From Candidatus Ozemobacteraceae bacterium (GTDB taxonomy: Bacteria > Muiribacteriota > Ozemobacteria > Ozemobacterales > Ozemobacteraceae), in NCBI GenBank assembly GCA_965140445.1, contig OZ223236.1:4416001-4480000 (forward strand): a DNA stretch of 64,000 bases. The letters are read 5' to 3'. Position numbers and translations under genes: made by a program. Below the pieces are notes generated by a model. That model was not told the DNA's origin. It did not search any database and was given only the letters and a program-made list of their open reading frames with translations. Positions 45,906 through 57,200 of the stretch are shown in pieces (positions within the stretch are counted from its first letter, which is position 1; each line of letters opens with the position of its first letter).

Positions 45906-47723
45906 ATGCCCCCGAAAAATAGAATATTAAGATTCTTTTTTACAATAGCACTAATTTTATTTGTTTGTTCAAGTTCTTTCGCCCAGGGAGACTTTCGATT
46001 TTCAGCTGAATTGAAAGAAAGTAATGAGAAACAGATCCAAGTCTCAATTAGCGCAATAATTGGTTTAGACCATCTTCTATATAAAAATCAACTTAGTTTT
46101 GAAATTAATGGTCTAGAGCCATCAGTTACCTGGCCAAAAATAAAAGTAAAAAAAGATCCATTCAGTGAGGATATGATTGAGGTTTTCGCAGAAGGAACCC
46201 ACGACTTTTTATTAACTTTAAACAAGCCAATAAAAGACAAAATCATCAAAGTCCGCATGAATTATCAGGGGTGCACATCCCAAACCTGTTTTATGCCTAC
46301 TTTTAAAGAGTTTGAATTTTCAACTTCGGTCAGAAATGAAATGTTAACCAAACCCTTAAGTGCAGGGGGGGCAAAAAAAATATCAGTCGCAACAAGCACT
46401 AATTCAGTGACAAGCCAGGAAAAATCTCCATCAGTTCCTATTCAGACCCCAAGCGGTTTTGTCGATTTTTCCTCAACATTGGCAGAGAAAGGAACCCTGT
46501 GGGTTCTTATACTTGCACTTTTGGGCGGTCTTCTTGTAAGCCTTACGCCTTGCGTATATCCAATGATACCAATAACACTGTCGATTATTGGAGGGAGAAA
46601 GGAAAATACCACGTTTGCTAAAGGCCTTGCTTTATCTGGAACCTATGTTGCAGGCCTTTCACTGACCTATGCTATTCTCGGACTTGCAGCAGCCAGCTTT
46701 GGTGCCCAAATAAGAGGATTTCTTCAAGGAACAGCGTTTCAAGTAATAATTTCGTTAACCTTCTTTGTTTTAGCTTTTTCAATGTTTGATGTTTTCATGA
46801 TTCAAGCGCCAAACTCGGTCAGAAATAAATTGGGCAACATCAAAACATCAGGAATGCTTGGAATCTTTTTCATGGGAATGGTTTCCGGTCTAATGGCATC
46901 GCCATGTGTTGCGGCTCCGCTTGCAGGAATTCTTGCCTTTATTGCTTCTACCGGGAGTAAGTTTCTTGGCTTTTTTATGCTCATGTTTTTTGCCTGGGGA
47001 ATGAGTTTCCCACTTTTGCTTATTGGTGCTTTTTCAGGCTCATTAAACTCTCTTCCCAAAGCAGGCGAATGGATGATCAGAGTAAAAGAATTTTATGGTT
47101 TTCTTCTACTCGGGGCATCTTTATTCTTTATCCAACCTTTAATTGGCCCATCATGGACCGACATTTTAATGTCTCTGCTATTAGCAGCTTTTGCAGCATA
47201 TTTAGGCTTGTTTACCCAAATCGAAAACGGTGCGCCACTTTTACCCAGAGTTATGAAAAGCTTTGGTGTGGTGGCAATTGCTGTATCATGTGCTTTTGCA
47301 ATTAGTGCCACATCAAAATGGGGCGGTCTATGCATGACGCAGCCTTCAGAAATACAGGCAGCGCACTCTAATACAAAAATGTTCTGGCACACTAAGTTAG
47401 AGGACGCCATAAAAGAAGCTAAGAAATCAAACAAACCCATATTTGTTGATTTCCGTGCTGAATGGTGTTCTATCTGTAAAGAGCTGGAAAGAGATGTTTT
47501 TCCAGACCCAAAGATTTCAGTTCTTTTTGAGAAAATGGTGCTGTTAAAGATTGACACCACAAACCTCACGCCAGAAATCGAAAAACTTATTAAAGAATTT
47601 CAGGTTATCGGCCTGCCAACTCTTATAACACTCGACAGCTCTGGTAAGGAGCTTCCTGCTCTCCGCATGGTTGGGGAAGTTTCTGTTGAGCACCTGGAAA
47701 AGAATCTGAGGCAAGCTTTGTAA
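45906..47723 (+). CDS. dsbD: Thiol:disulfide interchange protein DsbD
   Basis: nDsbD YQGC...CFMP, TM domain LTPCVYPMIP and SPCVAAP, thioredoxin domain AEWCSIC...GLPT. Confidence 0.92.
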   Translation: MPPKNRILRFFFTIALILFVCSSSFAQGDFRFSAELKESNEKQIQVSISAIIGLDHLLYKNQLSFEINGLEPSVTWPKIKVKKDPFSEDMIEVFAEGTHDFLLTLNKPIKDKIIKVRMNYQGCTSQTCFMPTFKEFEFSTSVRNEMLTKPLSAGGAKKISVATSTNSVTSQEKSPSVPIQTPSGFVDFSSTLAEKGTLWVLILALLGGLLVSLTPCVYPMIPITLSIIGGRKENTTFAKGLALSGTYVAGLSLTYAILGLAAASFGAQIRGFLQGTAFQVIISLTFFVLAFSMFDVFMIQAPNSVRNKLGNIKTSGMLGIFFMGMVSGLMASPCVAAPLAGILAFIASTGSKFLGFFMLMFFAWGMSFPLLLIGAFSGSLNSLPKAGEWMIRVKEFYGFLLLGASLFFIQPLIGPSWTDILMSLLLAAFAAYLGLFTQIENGAPLLPRVMKSFGVVAIAVSCAFAISATSKWGGLCMTQPSEIQAAHSNTKMFWHTKLEDAIKEAKKSNKPIFVDFRAEWCSICKELERDVFPDPKISVLFEKMVLLKIDTTNLTPEIEKLIKEFQVIGLPTLITLDSSGKELPALRMVGEVSVEHLEKNLRQAL

Positions 47724-47737
47724 AACAAAATCATTGG

Positions 47738-47768
47738 AAGGCTCAAGCACAGTGGCTTGAGCCTTTTT
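47738..47768 (+). terminator. Rho-independent terminator after dsbD
   Basis: AAGGCTCAAGC-ACAGTG-GCTTGAGCCTT-TTT. Confidence 0.8.
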
Positions 47769-47791
47769 AATTGATAAGGAACAAGCCAAAA

Positions 47792-48292
47792 ATGATAGTC
47801 CGAAAATGTAAGGATTGTAATAAGGAAGCCGAAGATAAAGACATCTTCTGTAGTCAATGCGATTGGGAAATAGACGATGATGAGTTTATCAGCCAATTAA
47901 AAGAGAACCATGCTGAGCTTATAAGAGTAGCTGGCGACAAATTAATTTTAATTCGAGATGGAAAACTTAAAACAATTGACTTTGAAAAAATAAAAAGTGT
48001 TTCCATAATACGCTCAATGGCCGGTCCACAAAAAGGCAACATAAATAGTGTGTTGTTCATATCAAAGAAAAATAAGCAGTTTTCCCTTGCAAATGACTTT
48101 CCAGGGCTGGATAAGGCTTTAACAATTATCTGCCAGGAGTTTCCAGATAAATACAGCGACTTTGGTTGCCATGATATTTTTTCAGGAAAACCAATTCCGC
48201 CTGAGAAAGTAAAATCAAGACAAATGTGGTTAATGGTATTTATGGTTGTGGCTGTAGCGCTCGAAGTAGCATTTATGTTTTTAACAAAATAG
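47792..48292 (+). CDS. Zinc-ribbon protein with C-terminal membrane anchor
   Basis: CKDC...CSQC and a C-terminal hydrophobic helix. ATG 47792 follows AAGGA. Confidence 0.65.
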   Translation: MIVRKCKDCNKEAEDKDIFCSQCDWEIDDDEFISQLKENHAELIRVAGDKLILIRDGKLKTIDFEKIKSVSIIRSMAGPQKGNINSVLFISKKNKQFSLANDFPGLDKALTIICQEFPDKYSDFGCHDIFSGKPIPPEKVKSRQMWLMVFMVVAVALEVAFMFLTK

Positions 48293-48480
48293 TAGAATTT
48301 TAAATGAAAGCAATTCAAAACCAGAGTAAAATAAATTCTATAGATGCTTTCAAAAATATATTCTTTATTTGAGTATTGTCTATTTGCCCCCAACAAACAG
48401 CTTCAAATTTGCTATTTTAAACTTGTTCAATTAATATTGGGTCAAAAAAAGATTTGGGTAATTAAATAGAAGGATTCCTT

Positions 48481-49437
48481 ATGGCAAGAAATAAAAAAGT
48501 TTCAGATATAGTTGGCGGGATTTTCGCAATTATTTTTATTGCTGGCCTTGTGATTGGCGGGGCATACGTTTCCCATAAAAATAAAGTAATTAAAAGATTA
48601 AACCTCTCTTCAAATGACAAGTTAGAGCGAGGAGATTTTAGTGGTTCATACGATGATTTGAATGAAGCAATTGATCAGATAAAGTTCCCTTATTCTCTTT
48701 TTGTTGGATCTAAAGATTTCTCCACCTATCGCCCGGATGATTTAAAGCATGCCAGAGGAGAACGCGGACTTATGCTCATTTCTGCAAACATGTCGGACTG
48801 GAAGCTTGATGTTAAAGAATTGATGAATCAAACGCATGAAGATCTATCAGTTGGAAAATCATCATCAAAGCAATTAAACAATCTTAAATTGCTACAGAAG
48901 CTACTGCCTTCAATGATCGCCTTTAATAAAAATGACATCAAAACGGCTGTGAATGGTGGATTAAAATTCCAAACCACATTACATAAAGAAAAAACAATTA
49001 GCGAGTTTGTTGCAAGACCCTTTGTGTCCTTATCATATGAGCTCTATAAAAAAACTGATTCTACCCTTTCGATTAAATTCTTCTCCATAGCTAGCAGTTT
49101 AAGCCAGTGCTTTGCCAAAGATGGGGATAAGTTTTTCAAGAATATGCTAGAGACTCTTTCAAAAGAGTCCCCTCGCAAAAAAGTAAGCAAATTTGATCCC
49201 CAAAAAGCTTTTAAATCAGCTTTGGTTCTAGCCAAAAAGAAGCAATTTGAGAAAGCGCTTCCATTACTTGAAAATTGCTACTCTGCTGAAAGTAAAAACA
49301 ACAAGGTTTGCTACATGCTCGCCTTAGTAAAAAAGAGACTTGGCAAAAAAAATGAAGCAAAAAAACTTTGTGAAGAAATTTTGTCGAGACAACCAAATAG
49401 TGCAAAAGCCAAAAAATTGCTGGATTCATTTAATTAA
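48481..49437 (+). CDS. Membrane-anchored protein with C-terminal TPR
   Basis: N-terminal TM and C-terminal TPR-like helices. GAAGGA RBS. Confidence 0.7.
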   Translation: MARNKKVSDIVGGIFAIIFIAGLVIGGAYVSHKNKVIKRLNLSSNDKLERGDFSGSYDDLNEAIDQIKFPYSLFVGSKDFSTYRPDDLKHARGERGLMLISANMSDWKLDVKELMNQTHEDLSVGKSSSKQLNNLKLLQKLLPSMIAFNKNDIKTAVNGGLKFQTTLHKEKTISEFVARPFVSLSYELYKKTDSTLSIKFFSIASSLSQCFAKDGDKFFKNMLETLSKESPRKKVSKFDPQKAFKSALVLAKKKQFEKALPLLENCYSAESKNNKVCYMLALVKKRLGKKNEAKKLCEEILSRQPNSAKAKKLLDSFN

Positions 49438-49496
49438 TCTTTGTTCCAGCTCTTCCTTTCATAGCTGTTCAATCATAAAAAATCGCCCTGCGCCAT

Positions 49497-50018
49497 TCAT
49501 TTTCTGATAGTATCTAACCAATCAACGATCTTTGCCGCGTCGGTAGCTGTGCTTTGTGAAAAGAAATCTCCGTCTTCTTTTAGAAATACAGGTTTAAAGG
49601 TTTTTCCAGTTTCATCCCAGGAGTAAGCAGTCCAGCGGTAAGTCCCCATGTCCACCCCTCTGTTAATTGGCTTTGAATGTGAGGCAACAGCAACTTGAAC
49701 AATGAGTTCTTTCATTTCTTTTAACTTTTGTAGATTTACCTTTTTTACAAATTTTAGCCCTGTTGAAAACTGATTTCGCAGTTCAGCATTTGAAGTAACC
49801 TTTTTACCAGCTATACGATCTATTGGAGATGCCTTGCATGCAGCATAATCAAATTTATTCAAATTGCCATCTGAATCGATAAAATAACCATTATATTGGT
49901 GACCCCAAGCGTAGTTTTCATATGTTTTTGAAAATAGAACCAATCCGGGTTCCTGGGCAAATAGATAGCCAGAACAAAGCAACAAAATTGTGAAAAGAAC
50001 CAGACAAAACTTTTTCAT
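49497..50018 (-). CDS. Exported hypothetical protein
   Basis: Signal peptide ending LFA, NYAWG motif, GGAGG RBS, ATGA overlap with the upstream gene. Confidence 0.7.
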   Translation of the reverse strand: MKKFCLVLFTILLLCSGYLFAQEPGLVLFSKTYENYAWGHQYNGYFIDSDGNLNKFDYAACKASPIDRIAGKKVTSNAELRNQFSTGLKFVKKVNLQKLKEMKELIVQVAVASHSKPINRGVDMGTYRWTAYSWDETGKTFKPVFLKEDGDFFSQSTATDAAKIVDWLDTIRK

Positions 50019-50548
50019 TTTTTCCCTCCAAATTTTAGTAGAACCTCTCTGGTTAGTAATTGAATATCTTCTAAATCTTTTGCTCTAACATCACTACTGG
50101 TAATTTTAAAAGCATAAGAAACCATAGGGCTTAAAACCCTGAAACCATCGACTTCAACAGTAAAGGCAGATCTTTCCCAAATAATATCTGTATTCCGCCT
50201 AAAAATTACCCCAGCATCATTTGTACGATAAGTCAGTATTTCAAAGCGATAAGCTGTGTCATCGCTAACCCAGAAATTGTGAACCTTTTCAGGTAAGTCA
50301 TCAAAATTATATTTCGCCAACTCCCCTTCAATACAAGCCCAGACAGTTAATCCATGCGCTTCAAGACAACCAATCAACTCAGGTAAATCATCATAGAAAA
50401 CACCAATATCCAGGTCATCATGCTCACGCGACTTCTTTCCAAAAAAGTGATCAATAGACTCTCCGCCGGCCAAAAACCAACAATCCAAATCCAACAGCAA
50501 TTCTTTGAGCTGGAATTTGCTAAATGGTTCCCAATTCACTTTTCGCAC
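50015..50548 (-). CDS. Aminoglycoside-2''-adenylyltransferase/LinA-like nucleotidyltransferase family protein
   Basis: WFLAGG.SID.F.G..SREHDDLDI (Pol-beta GG + DxD) and C-terminal RAKD..D. Confidence 0.75.
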   Translation of the reverse strand: MRKVNWEPFSKFQLKELLLDLDCWFLAGGESIDHFFGKKSREHDDLDIGVFYDDLPELIGCLEAHGLTVWACIEGELAKYNFDDLPEKVHNFWVSDDTAYRFEILTYRTNDAGVIFRRNTDIIWERSAFTVEVDGFRVLSPMVSYAFKITSSDVRAKDLEDIQLLTREVLLKFGGKK

Positions 50549-50549
50549 C

Positions 50550-51074
50550 TCATCTTACTGGTTTAACCAAAGTCGTTTCCCGACTTAATAAAAATAAAGG
50601 TTTTGAAACAATCATAAACACAATTATTGATGTAATATTTCCTATGAGGGAAGCAGCCAGCGCAGTTTTGAATTCCAAACTTTCTTTGAAGATCCTACGA
50701 TCCTTTCTGCTCGCCAGATACAAAATGACACCCTCGACAAGCACCACAATTGCTTCAAGAACAATTGTTACCATAAGATTGCTTGTAACACCAAAAGGCG
50801 TATGAACAAATACAGACAATGCGTTATAAAATGCAAAAAAAGTCATGCCAGTCAGCAAAAGCCAGGCAAAAGAAAATTCAAGATAAGAAGCAAGTCTTTT
50901 GCGTAGAAAGTAAAGAATCGCCATGGCCTCAGCGAATAAAGACAAACCAATAGCCAAATAACTGAAGCTTTTTTCAATTTCAGGATCGGGATAAACAATT
51001 GGGTTGGCGTGAAGCCGCCCAGCCCAAATAAACACAAGAACAAAGATTGCAAACAAGAATTTCTGTTTTGCCAT
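50550..51074 (-). CDS. Hypothetical membrane protein with signal peptide
   Basis: GAGGT RBS, ATG 51074, signal peptide ending LHA|NP, four further hydrophobic helices. Confidence 0.65.
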   Translation of the reverse strand: MAKQKFLFAIFVLVFIWAGRLHANPIVYPDPEIEKSFSYLAIGLSLFAEAMAILYFLRKRLASYLEFSFAWLLLTGMTFFAFYNALSVFVHTPFGVTSNLMVTIVLEAIVVLVEGVILYLASRKDRRIFKESLEFKTALAASLIGNITSIIVFMIVSKPLFLLSRETTLVKPVR

Positions 51075-51159
51075 TTTAAACCTCAAGCTTCTTATTAATT
51101 AAGCTTAAGGCCGTCTGGAAAAAAAGTCATTCGTTAATTTAGCCATTTTTTATAATTTA

Positions 51160-51276
51160 GGGCGCTTGAGCAATCACATTGTTTAAGCGGATTGGCCCAT
51201 TCCCGCGATCCCCGTCGCGGGAAAATTTTGCCTTTTTTAGAACAAACGTTTCACCAGGTTTAAAACTTGGTGAAAC
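51160..51276. other. Intergenic tandem hairpin element (candidate structured ncRNA and/or terminator)
   Basis: Three consecutive stems at 51163-51189, 51200-51223 and 51248-51276. Confidence 0.45.
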
Positions 51277-51287
51277 ACTCTAATTTT

Positions 51288-54200
51288 CTATGGAGTAAAT
51301 TTTTCGATGCTGTGGTTAGATGAATCTGCGATTATTACATTTCCTGAAACATCTATAGCTATGCCATAAGGCCCCTGAAGGAGGCCATCTGTACTACCCT
51401 CGCTGCCCCATTTTGCTATAAAGGTTCCTGTAGGAGTAAATTTCTGTATTCTATGGTTGCCAGTATCAGAAACATAAACATTACCTACCCCATCCAGTGC
51501 TATGCCTTGTGGATAATTAAACTGGCCATCGCCAGAGCCATTAGATCCCCATTTCGCAACAAATGTCATAGAAGAGTTAAACTTTTGGATACGCTGATTA
51601 TCAGTATCGGCTACGTAAATATTACCCTGATTATCGATAGCGATTCCCTTCGGATTATCAAACTGGCCGTCACCATTTCCAGGACTTCCCCAGATCCCTA
51701 TAAATCCACCGGTAGAGGAAAACTTCTGTATTCGATGATTTCCGTCGTCTACCACATAAATGTTCGCTGAAGCATCAACCGCAATTCCTGTAGGGTATGT
51801 GAATTGTCCGTTTCCGCTGCCTGAGCTGCCCCATTGGGTTAAATAGCCACCTGAAGAATTTAATTTCTGAATACGATGATTACTTGTATCTGCTACGTAG
51901 ATATTCCCAGAACTATCAAAAGCAACTCCTTTAGGATATGAAAATTGTCCATTTGCACTTCCCTCTGTTGATCCCCATTTATCTAATAACATTCCAGAGG
52001 AGTTAAATTTTTGAATGCGGTGATTCCGCTTATCAGCAACAAAAATATTTCCAGAAGAGTCAACTTTCACTTCGTGAGGCTCATTAAATTGTCCATCCGC
52101 ACTACCTGCAGGTCCCCATCTGGAAATGAAAGTTCCTGATGAATTGAATTTTTGAATACATTGATGATTTGTATCGGCAACATAGACATTGCCAGTAGTA
52201 TCAAGCGCGATTCCATAAGGCATTGCAAATTCACCATCACCAGCTCCGCTTACCCCCCATTTAGTTACAAAAACTCCAGAAGTAGTAAGCTTTTGAATAC
52301 GATTATTTGCGGTATCAGCAACGTATGCATTTCCTGAAGAATCAACAGCTATAGATTCTGGATTAAAGAATTCTCCATTTCCCTGACCTGAACTTCCAGA
52401 TCCACTTACCCATTTCCCTACCAGCACGCCAGGAGAGGAAAATTTCATGATCCTATTATTATTACCGTCAGCTATATAAATGTTTCCAGAACTATCAATG
52501 GCTGCACCAGCTGGATATGAGAACTGGTCATCTGCCGAGCCAAAACTGCCCCACTTAGAGATAAAATTCCCTGACGAGTCAAACTTTTGAACTCTGTGAT
52601 TGAAGGTATCAACAACATACACATTTCCTGAAGAATCTACCGCAACCCCCATCGGCTTGTTAAACTGACCATCACTGGACCCGTTTGAACCCCATTTAGC
52701 AATAAAATTACCTGCAGAAGAAAACTTCTGTATTCTATAGTTTTCTGAATCAGCTACGTACACATTTCCTGAGCTATCAAGGGCTACATGCATTGGTTTT
52801 GCAAATTGCCCATCTCCACTTCCAGATCCACCCCAACTGGTTATTATGCTACCTGCTGGAGAAACTTTAAATACTTTGTTCTTATCACTATTAGAAACGT
52901 ACATGTTCCCCGCAGAATCTATGGCAACACCATAAGGTTTTCCATCTTGTCTTTCCCCTGACCACCAGTTTCCTCTTCCTTCACCGAGCCTGCCGCTAAA
53001 TGAATAATTGGTTACTGTATTAATAGTAAAAGTTTTGTTTGCACCAAGAGAACCAGCACTACCGGGGCTAGCTAAAGTTAAGACAGCATTGTTTCCAGAA
53101 GAATCACGGATCACCCCTCCATTTAGAGTTAAAGCAGCATTATTAATATAATCCAACTTATTTGTGAAATCTCCCGCTTGAACAGTATATCTAAATACCA
53201 AAGTAGAAGTGCCGTCACCACTTTGGTAGGTGGCAACACGATCTACAGAACCCGTTTCAAGTGTTAAACCTGGAGTGCCTACTGAAACAACAACTTGTAC
53301 TGCATTGCTGAAAGTTACAGTGATATCAATTGTTTGGTTAAGTGAGTATACGCCGTTTGAATTGCCTGAACTTACAGCAGAAATGCCAGGCTTAGAATAA
53401 TTTACTGACAAGGTTGGATTTCCAACCGTGCTAATACTTGTATTGCCCGCTGCATCGCGCAAACGAACACTAAATATTCCTCCGGTCGCAAACTTAGCTT
53501 GAACTTCAGAATTGTTAGCTAAACCAAAATCGAAACTAACAGATGTATCACCACCAGAAATACTGGTATCTTTTATTGCTGGAGAAAATGAGTTTCCGTC
53601 TTTAAGCAATTCAGCCTCTCCTCCAGTTGCTTCACCAGCTGTAATTGTTGCCTGAGCAGTAAGATTGACGTTAGATGAGTTCAGCAAATTGGTAACTAAA
53701 TTCCCTCCGACCGTAGTCAAAACTACTGATGTAGGAGCGGTTGGAGAAACATTATCATAAATAATATTTGATGCTACCGCTGAAGATTCATTGCCTGCTG
53801 CATCTTTACACTTAACACTGATTGCGTTGGCACCAGCACTTAATGCCATAGAATACTGCCAGGTAGTTGTTGTTGGATAAGTTACTGAAGCACTTGACCC
53901 ATTTACAAAAACTAAAGTTGCATCTGATGGTTTGGTACCGCCAATGACCTGAGGGGTAGAACTGGTTGGACTTGTTACAGCGTTTATAGTTGGTGGGACT
54001 GGTGCAGCACTATCCAGTTCAATACTGGAAGTTACCGCTGAAGATTCATTTCCTGCTCCATCACGACACTTCACACTTATAGCGTTTGCACCTGATGTTA
54101 AGGCCATTGAATACTGCCAGGTGGTTGACGTTGGATAAGTTACTGAAGCGCTTGAGCCATTGACAAAAACCAAAGTTGCATCTGATGGTTTGGTACCGCC

Positions 54201-57200
54201 AATGACCTGAAGTGTAGAATTGGTTGGACTAGTTACAGCGTTTATAGTTGGAGCAACTGGTGCAGCACTATCCAGTTCAATACTGGAAGTTACTGCTGAA
54301 GATTCATTTCCTGCTCCATCACGACACTTCACACTTATAGCGTTTGCACCTGATGTTAAGGCCATTGAATACTGCCAGGTGGTTGACGTTGGATAAGTTA
54401 CTGAAGTGCTTGAGCCATTGACAAAAACCAAGGTTGCATCTGATGGTTTGGTACCGCCAATGACCTGAGGAGTAGAATTGGTTGGACTTGTTACAGCATT
54501 TATAGTTGGTGCACTCGGAGCTGTTTGATCAATAGTCCAAGTGTATTGAGTCGCTGAATTTTCAGCTTGCCATGTACCTATGCTATTCCTAGCAATAACA
54601 TAAACTGAATGTACGCCTTCAGAAAGACTAGAAAATGAAACTTGTGTGGCAATTGGAGTTTCAGCTCCCCACTCGCCTGAATCTACTTTGAATTTATAAT
54701 GTGTGGTTCCTGTTCCACCAACAGTAATAGCTGCACTATTGATTTTGGTAACAACTTCTGGCGTGTTTGCCAGCACGGCAGTCACGGCCGAACTGTCAAT
54801 TGTCCATGAATAGGATGCAGCATTTTCTTCTGTCTGCCAGTTGCCAACTGCATCACGCCCAATTACAGCAATCTTATGATTGGCATCCCCTAATCCAGAT
54901 AATGTCAGAGCCGTTCCCACAGGGATTTCATTGGTGCTATATGCCCCCGTATCAAGTTTATACTTATAAGCAACAACATCGCTCCCACCAACAGTGAAAT
55001 TGGCAGTGCTTTGATTGGAAGTTTTTGGAGGAGTATTTGCCAAAATAACTGTTGGAGCAACGCTATCAACAATCCATTCATGTTTTGTTGCAGTTTCCTC
55101 AGCCTGCCAATTACCTAATTGATCCGCTCCAATAACTGAAACACTGTGAGAACCATCAGAAAGATTATTTAAAGCAATTGCAGATGACACAGAAATTACA
55201 TCGCTATAAGCACCGGAATCAAGTTTGTATCTATAAGAAACAACCCCTGTTCCACCAACAGAAATATTTGCAGTTGCTAAGCTTGTCGGGTTATTTGGAG
55301 TATTTGATAGAACAGCAATCTTTGCTTGAGAGTCAATCAGCCATGCGCAACTTGCGGCACTGGCTTCTGATTGCCAGTTTCCTAGCTGATCTCCACCAAT
55401 AACAGAAATTTTATGGTTTCCATCAGCTAAACCGCTTAGGGCAATTTTGGATGCAACAGGAGTAGCATCACCATAGGAGCCAGAATCAAGTTTGTATTTA
55501 TAAGAAACAACGCCAGTCCCACCCACAGAAATATTTGTATCTTTTGAATTTGTTGGATTTGAAGGTATATTAGTTAGAACTGCTGCTTTTGCCTGTGTAT
55601 CAATGACCCACGTGTAGCTGGAAGCATTGGCTTCAAGTTGCCAGTTGCCAAGAATATCTCCGCCAATAACAAAAAGACTATGAGTTCCATCTGAGAGACC
55701 GCTCAACGCTATTACTGATGAAGTTGCAATTTGATCGCTATATGTTCCAGAATCAAGCTTGTATTTATAAGAAACAACACCATCGCCTCCAACAGTTACA
55801 TTGGCGGTTTTCAAGTTAGTTAGATTCGTTGGAGTATTTGAAAGAACAGCAACCTTAGCCTGGGAATCAATAACCCAAGTGTAACTTGATGCATTTGCCT
55901 CAGTTTGCCAGTTACCTACCTGGTCACCTCCGAGCACAGAGACTGTGTGGCTGCCATCAGCCAATTCACTTAGAGTTATTGCAGTTGAAATTGAATTAGC
56001 ATCGCCATAAGCCCCAGTATCAAATTTGTATTTATAAGCTACAACTCCAGTTCCACCTACGCTGATGCGGGCAGTTTTTTGATTTGTGGGATTAGTTGGC
56101 GTGTTCGTCAACACTGCAACTTTTGGTTTAGAATCAATCTTCCAGGTATAGCTGGAGGGAGAAGAATCTGATTGCCAATTTCCTGAGATATCACGCCCGA
56201 TAACAAATATAGTTTGGGAGCCATCTTCCAGACCAGATAATGAAATCGGCAATGACAACGCCATCTCATCGCTCCAGTTTCCCTGATTTAGCTTATATTT
56301 GAATCCAGTGACTTTATCCCCCGCAACTGAAATAGTTGCTGTATTTTTATTGGTTGGATCTGCCGGCAAATTATTTAAAACGGCAACTGGCGGATCATTT
56401 TGAACTTTAAATGTTGAGCTTGGTCCCGTTGCTACTGAAAGGTCACCGCTGACTGATTTAGCAATTCCAGCTTTGAGGGAGATTCCTATTGTTCCGCTTC
56501 CGATAACATTAGAAATCCTAACTGTGCGGCTAGCTTGATTTGATCCGTCTACTTCGATTGTGCCATTTGCGGTTCCAGTGGTGTTAAGAGTTACATCAGC
56601 TGAAGTAAGAGTTACTTTACCAGCACCCGTAAAAGTAATTTCGAATTCCACAGGTCCACTTGCGGTATTATTTACAGAAGGCTCACCAATAGCAATTAAT
56701 GGTGGACCTTCTGTAAAAAAGCTCCATGACTCGTCTTTTTCAAAGGATTCCCCCCAATAATTCTTAAATCCAGTTGTAACTTTCATTGTATATATGCTGG
56801 ATTTTTCAAGATTTGCGTCAGGTCTGAAATACAAACGATTCTTGTATCCTGAAGAATAGAACCTTCCAGCAATTGATTTTCCGTCTTTTTGCAACTGGAT
56901 AGTTTGATTATTAACTGTATTCCAATTGATCGAATAATCCCCGATGAAGAAATAAAAATAAGGCCTATTTACGTTTACTCCATTCTGATTGGCTTCGGGA
57001 TATCTGACTGGCATTTTGAGTGAATGCAACCATAGCTCAGCATATTCCTGACCATTTATTTTTCTTAAGCTCCCATATGCAATACGAAAGAAACCATTTT
57101 CTCCAAAATTGTTGCCCCAGGAATTTTTGCAAATCCAGCAATTTAAATTATCATCGTATCCAACAATTATTACAGCATGTCCGCCTGCCAATTTGCCAGT

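Noticed and set aside
47854..48396. 180-aa minus-strand ORF, and the many short antisense or nested ORFs such as 3525-4001, 25893-26405 and 47093-47569
   Set aside because: They overlap better-supported genes on the other strand or frame and have no recognisable motifs, so they are shadow ORFs.
51160..51240. HDV-like ribozyme or c-di-GMP-I/ZTP riboswitch
   Set aside because: The TCCCCGT loop and minus-strand GGCAAA are suggestive, but I could not build the required P1/P1.1/P2 or aptamer pairings. Kept only as an unclassified structure.
53760..54515. Direct repeats as a CRISPR array or a diversity-generating retroelement TR/VR pair
   Set aside because: These are in-frame 258-bp coding units without spacers. 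The differences are few and not confined to adenines, and there is no cas or reverse transcriptase gene in the window.
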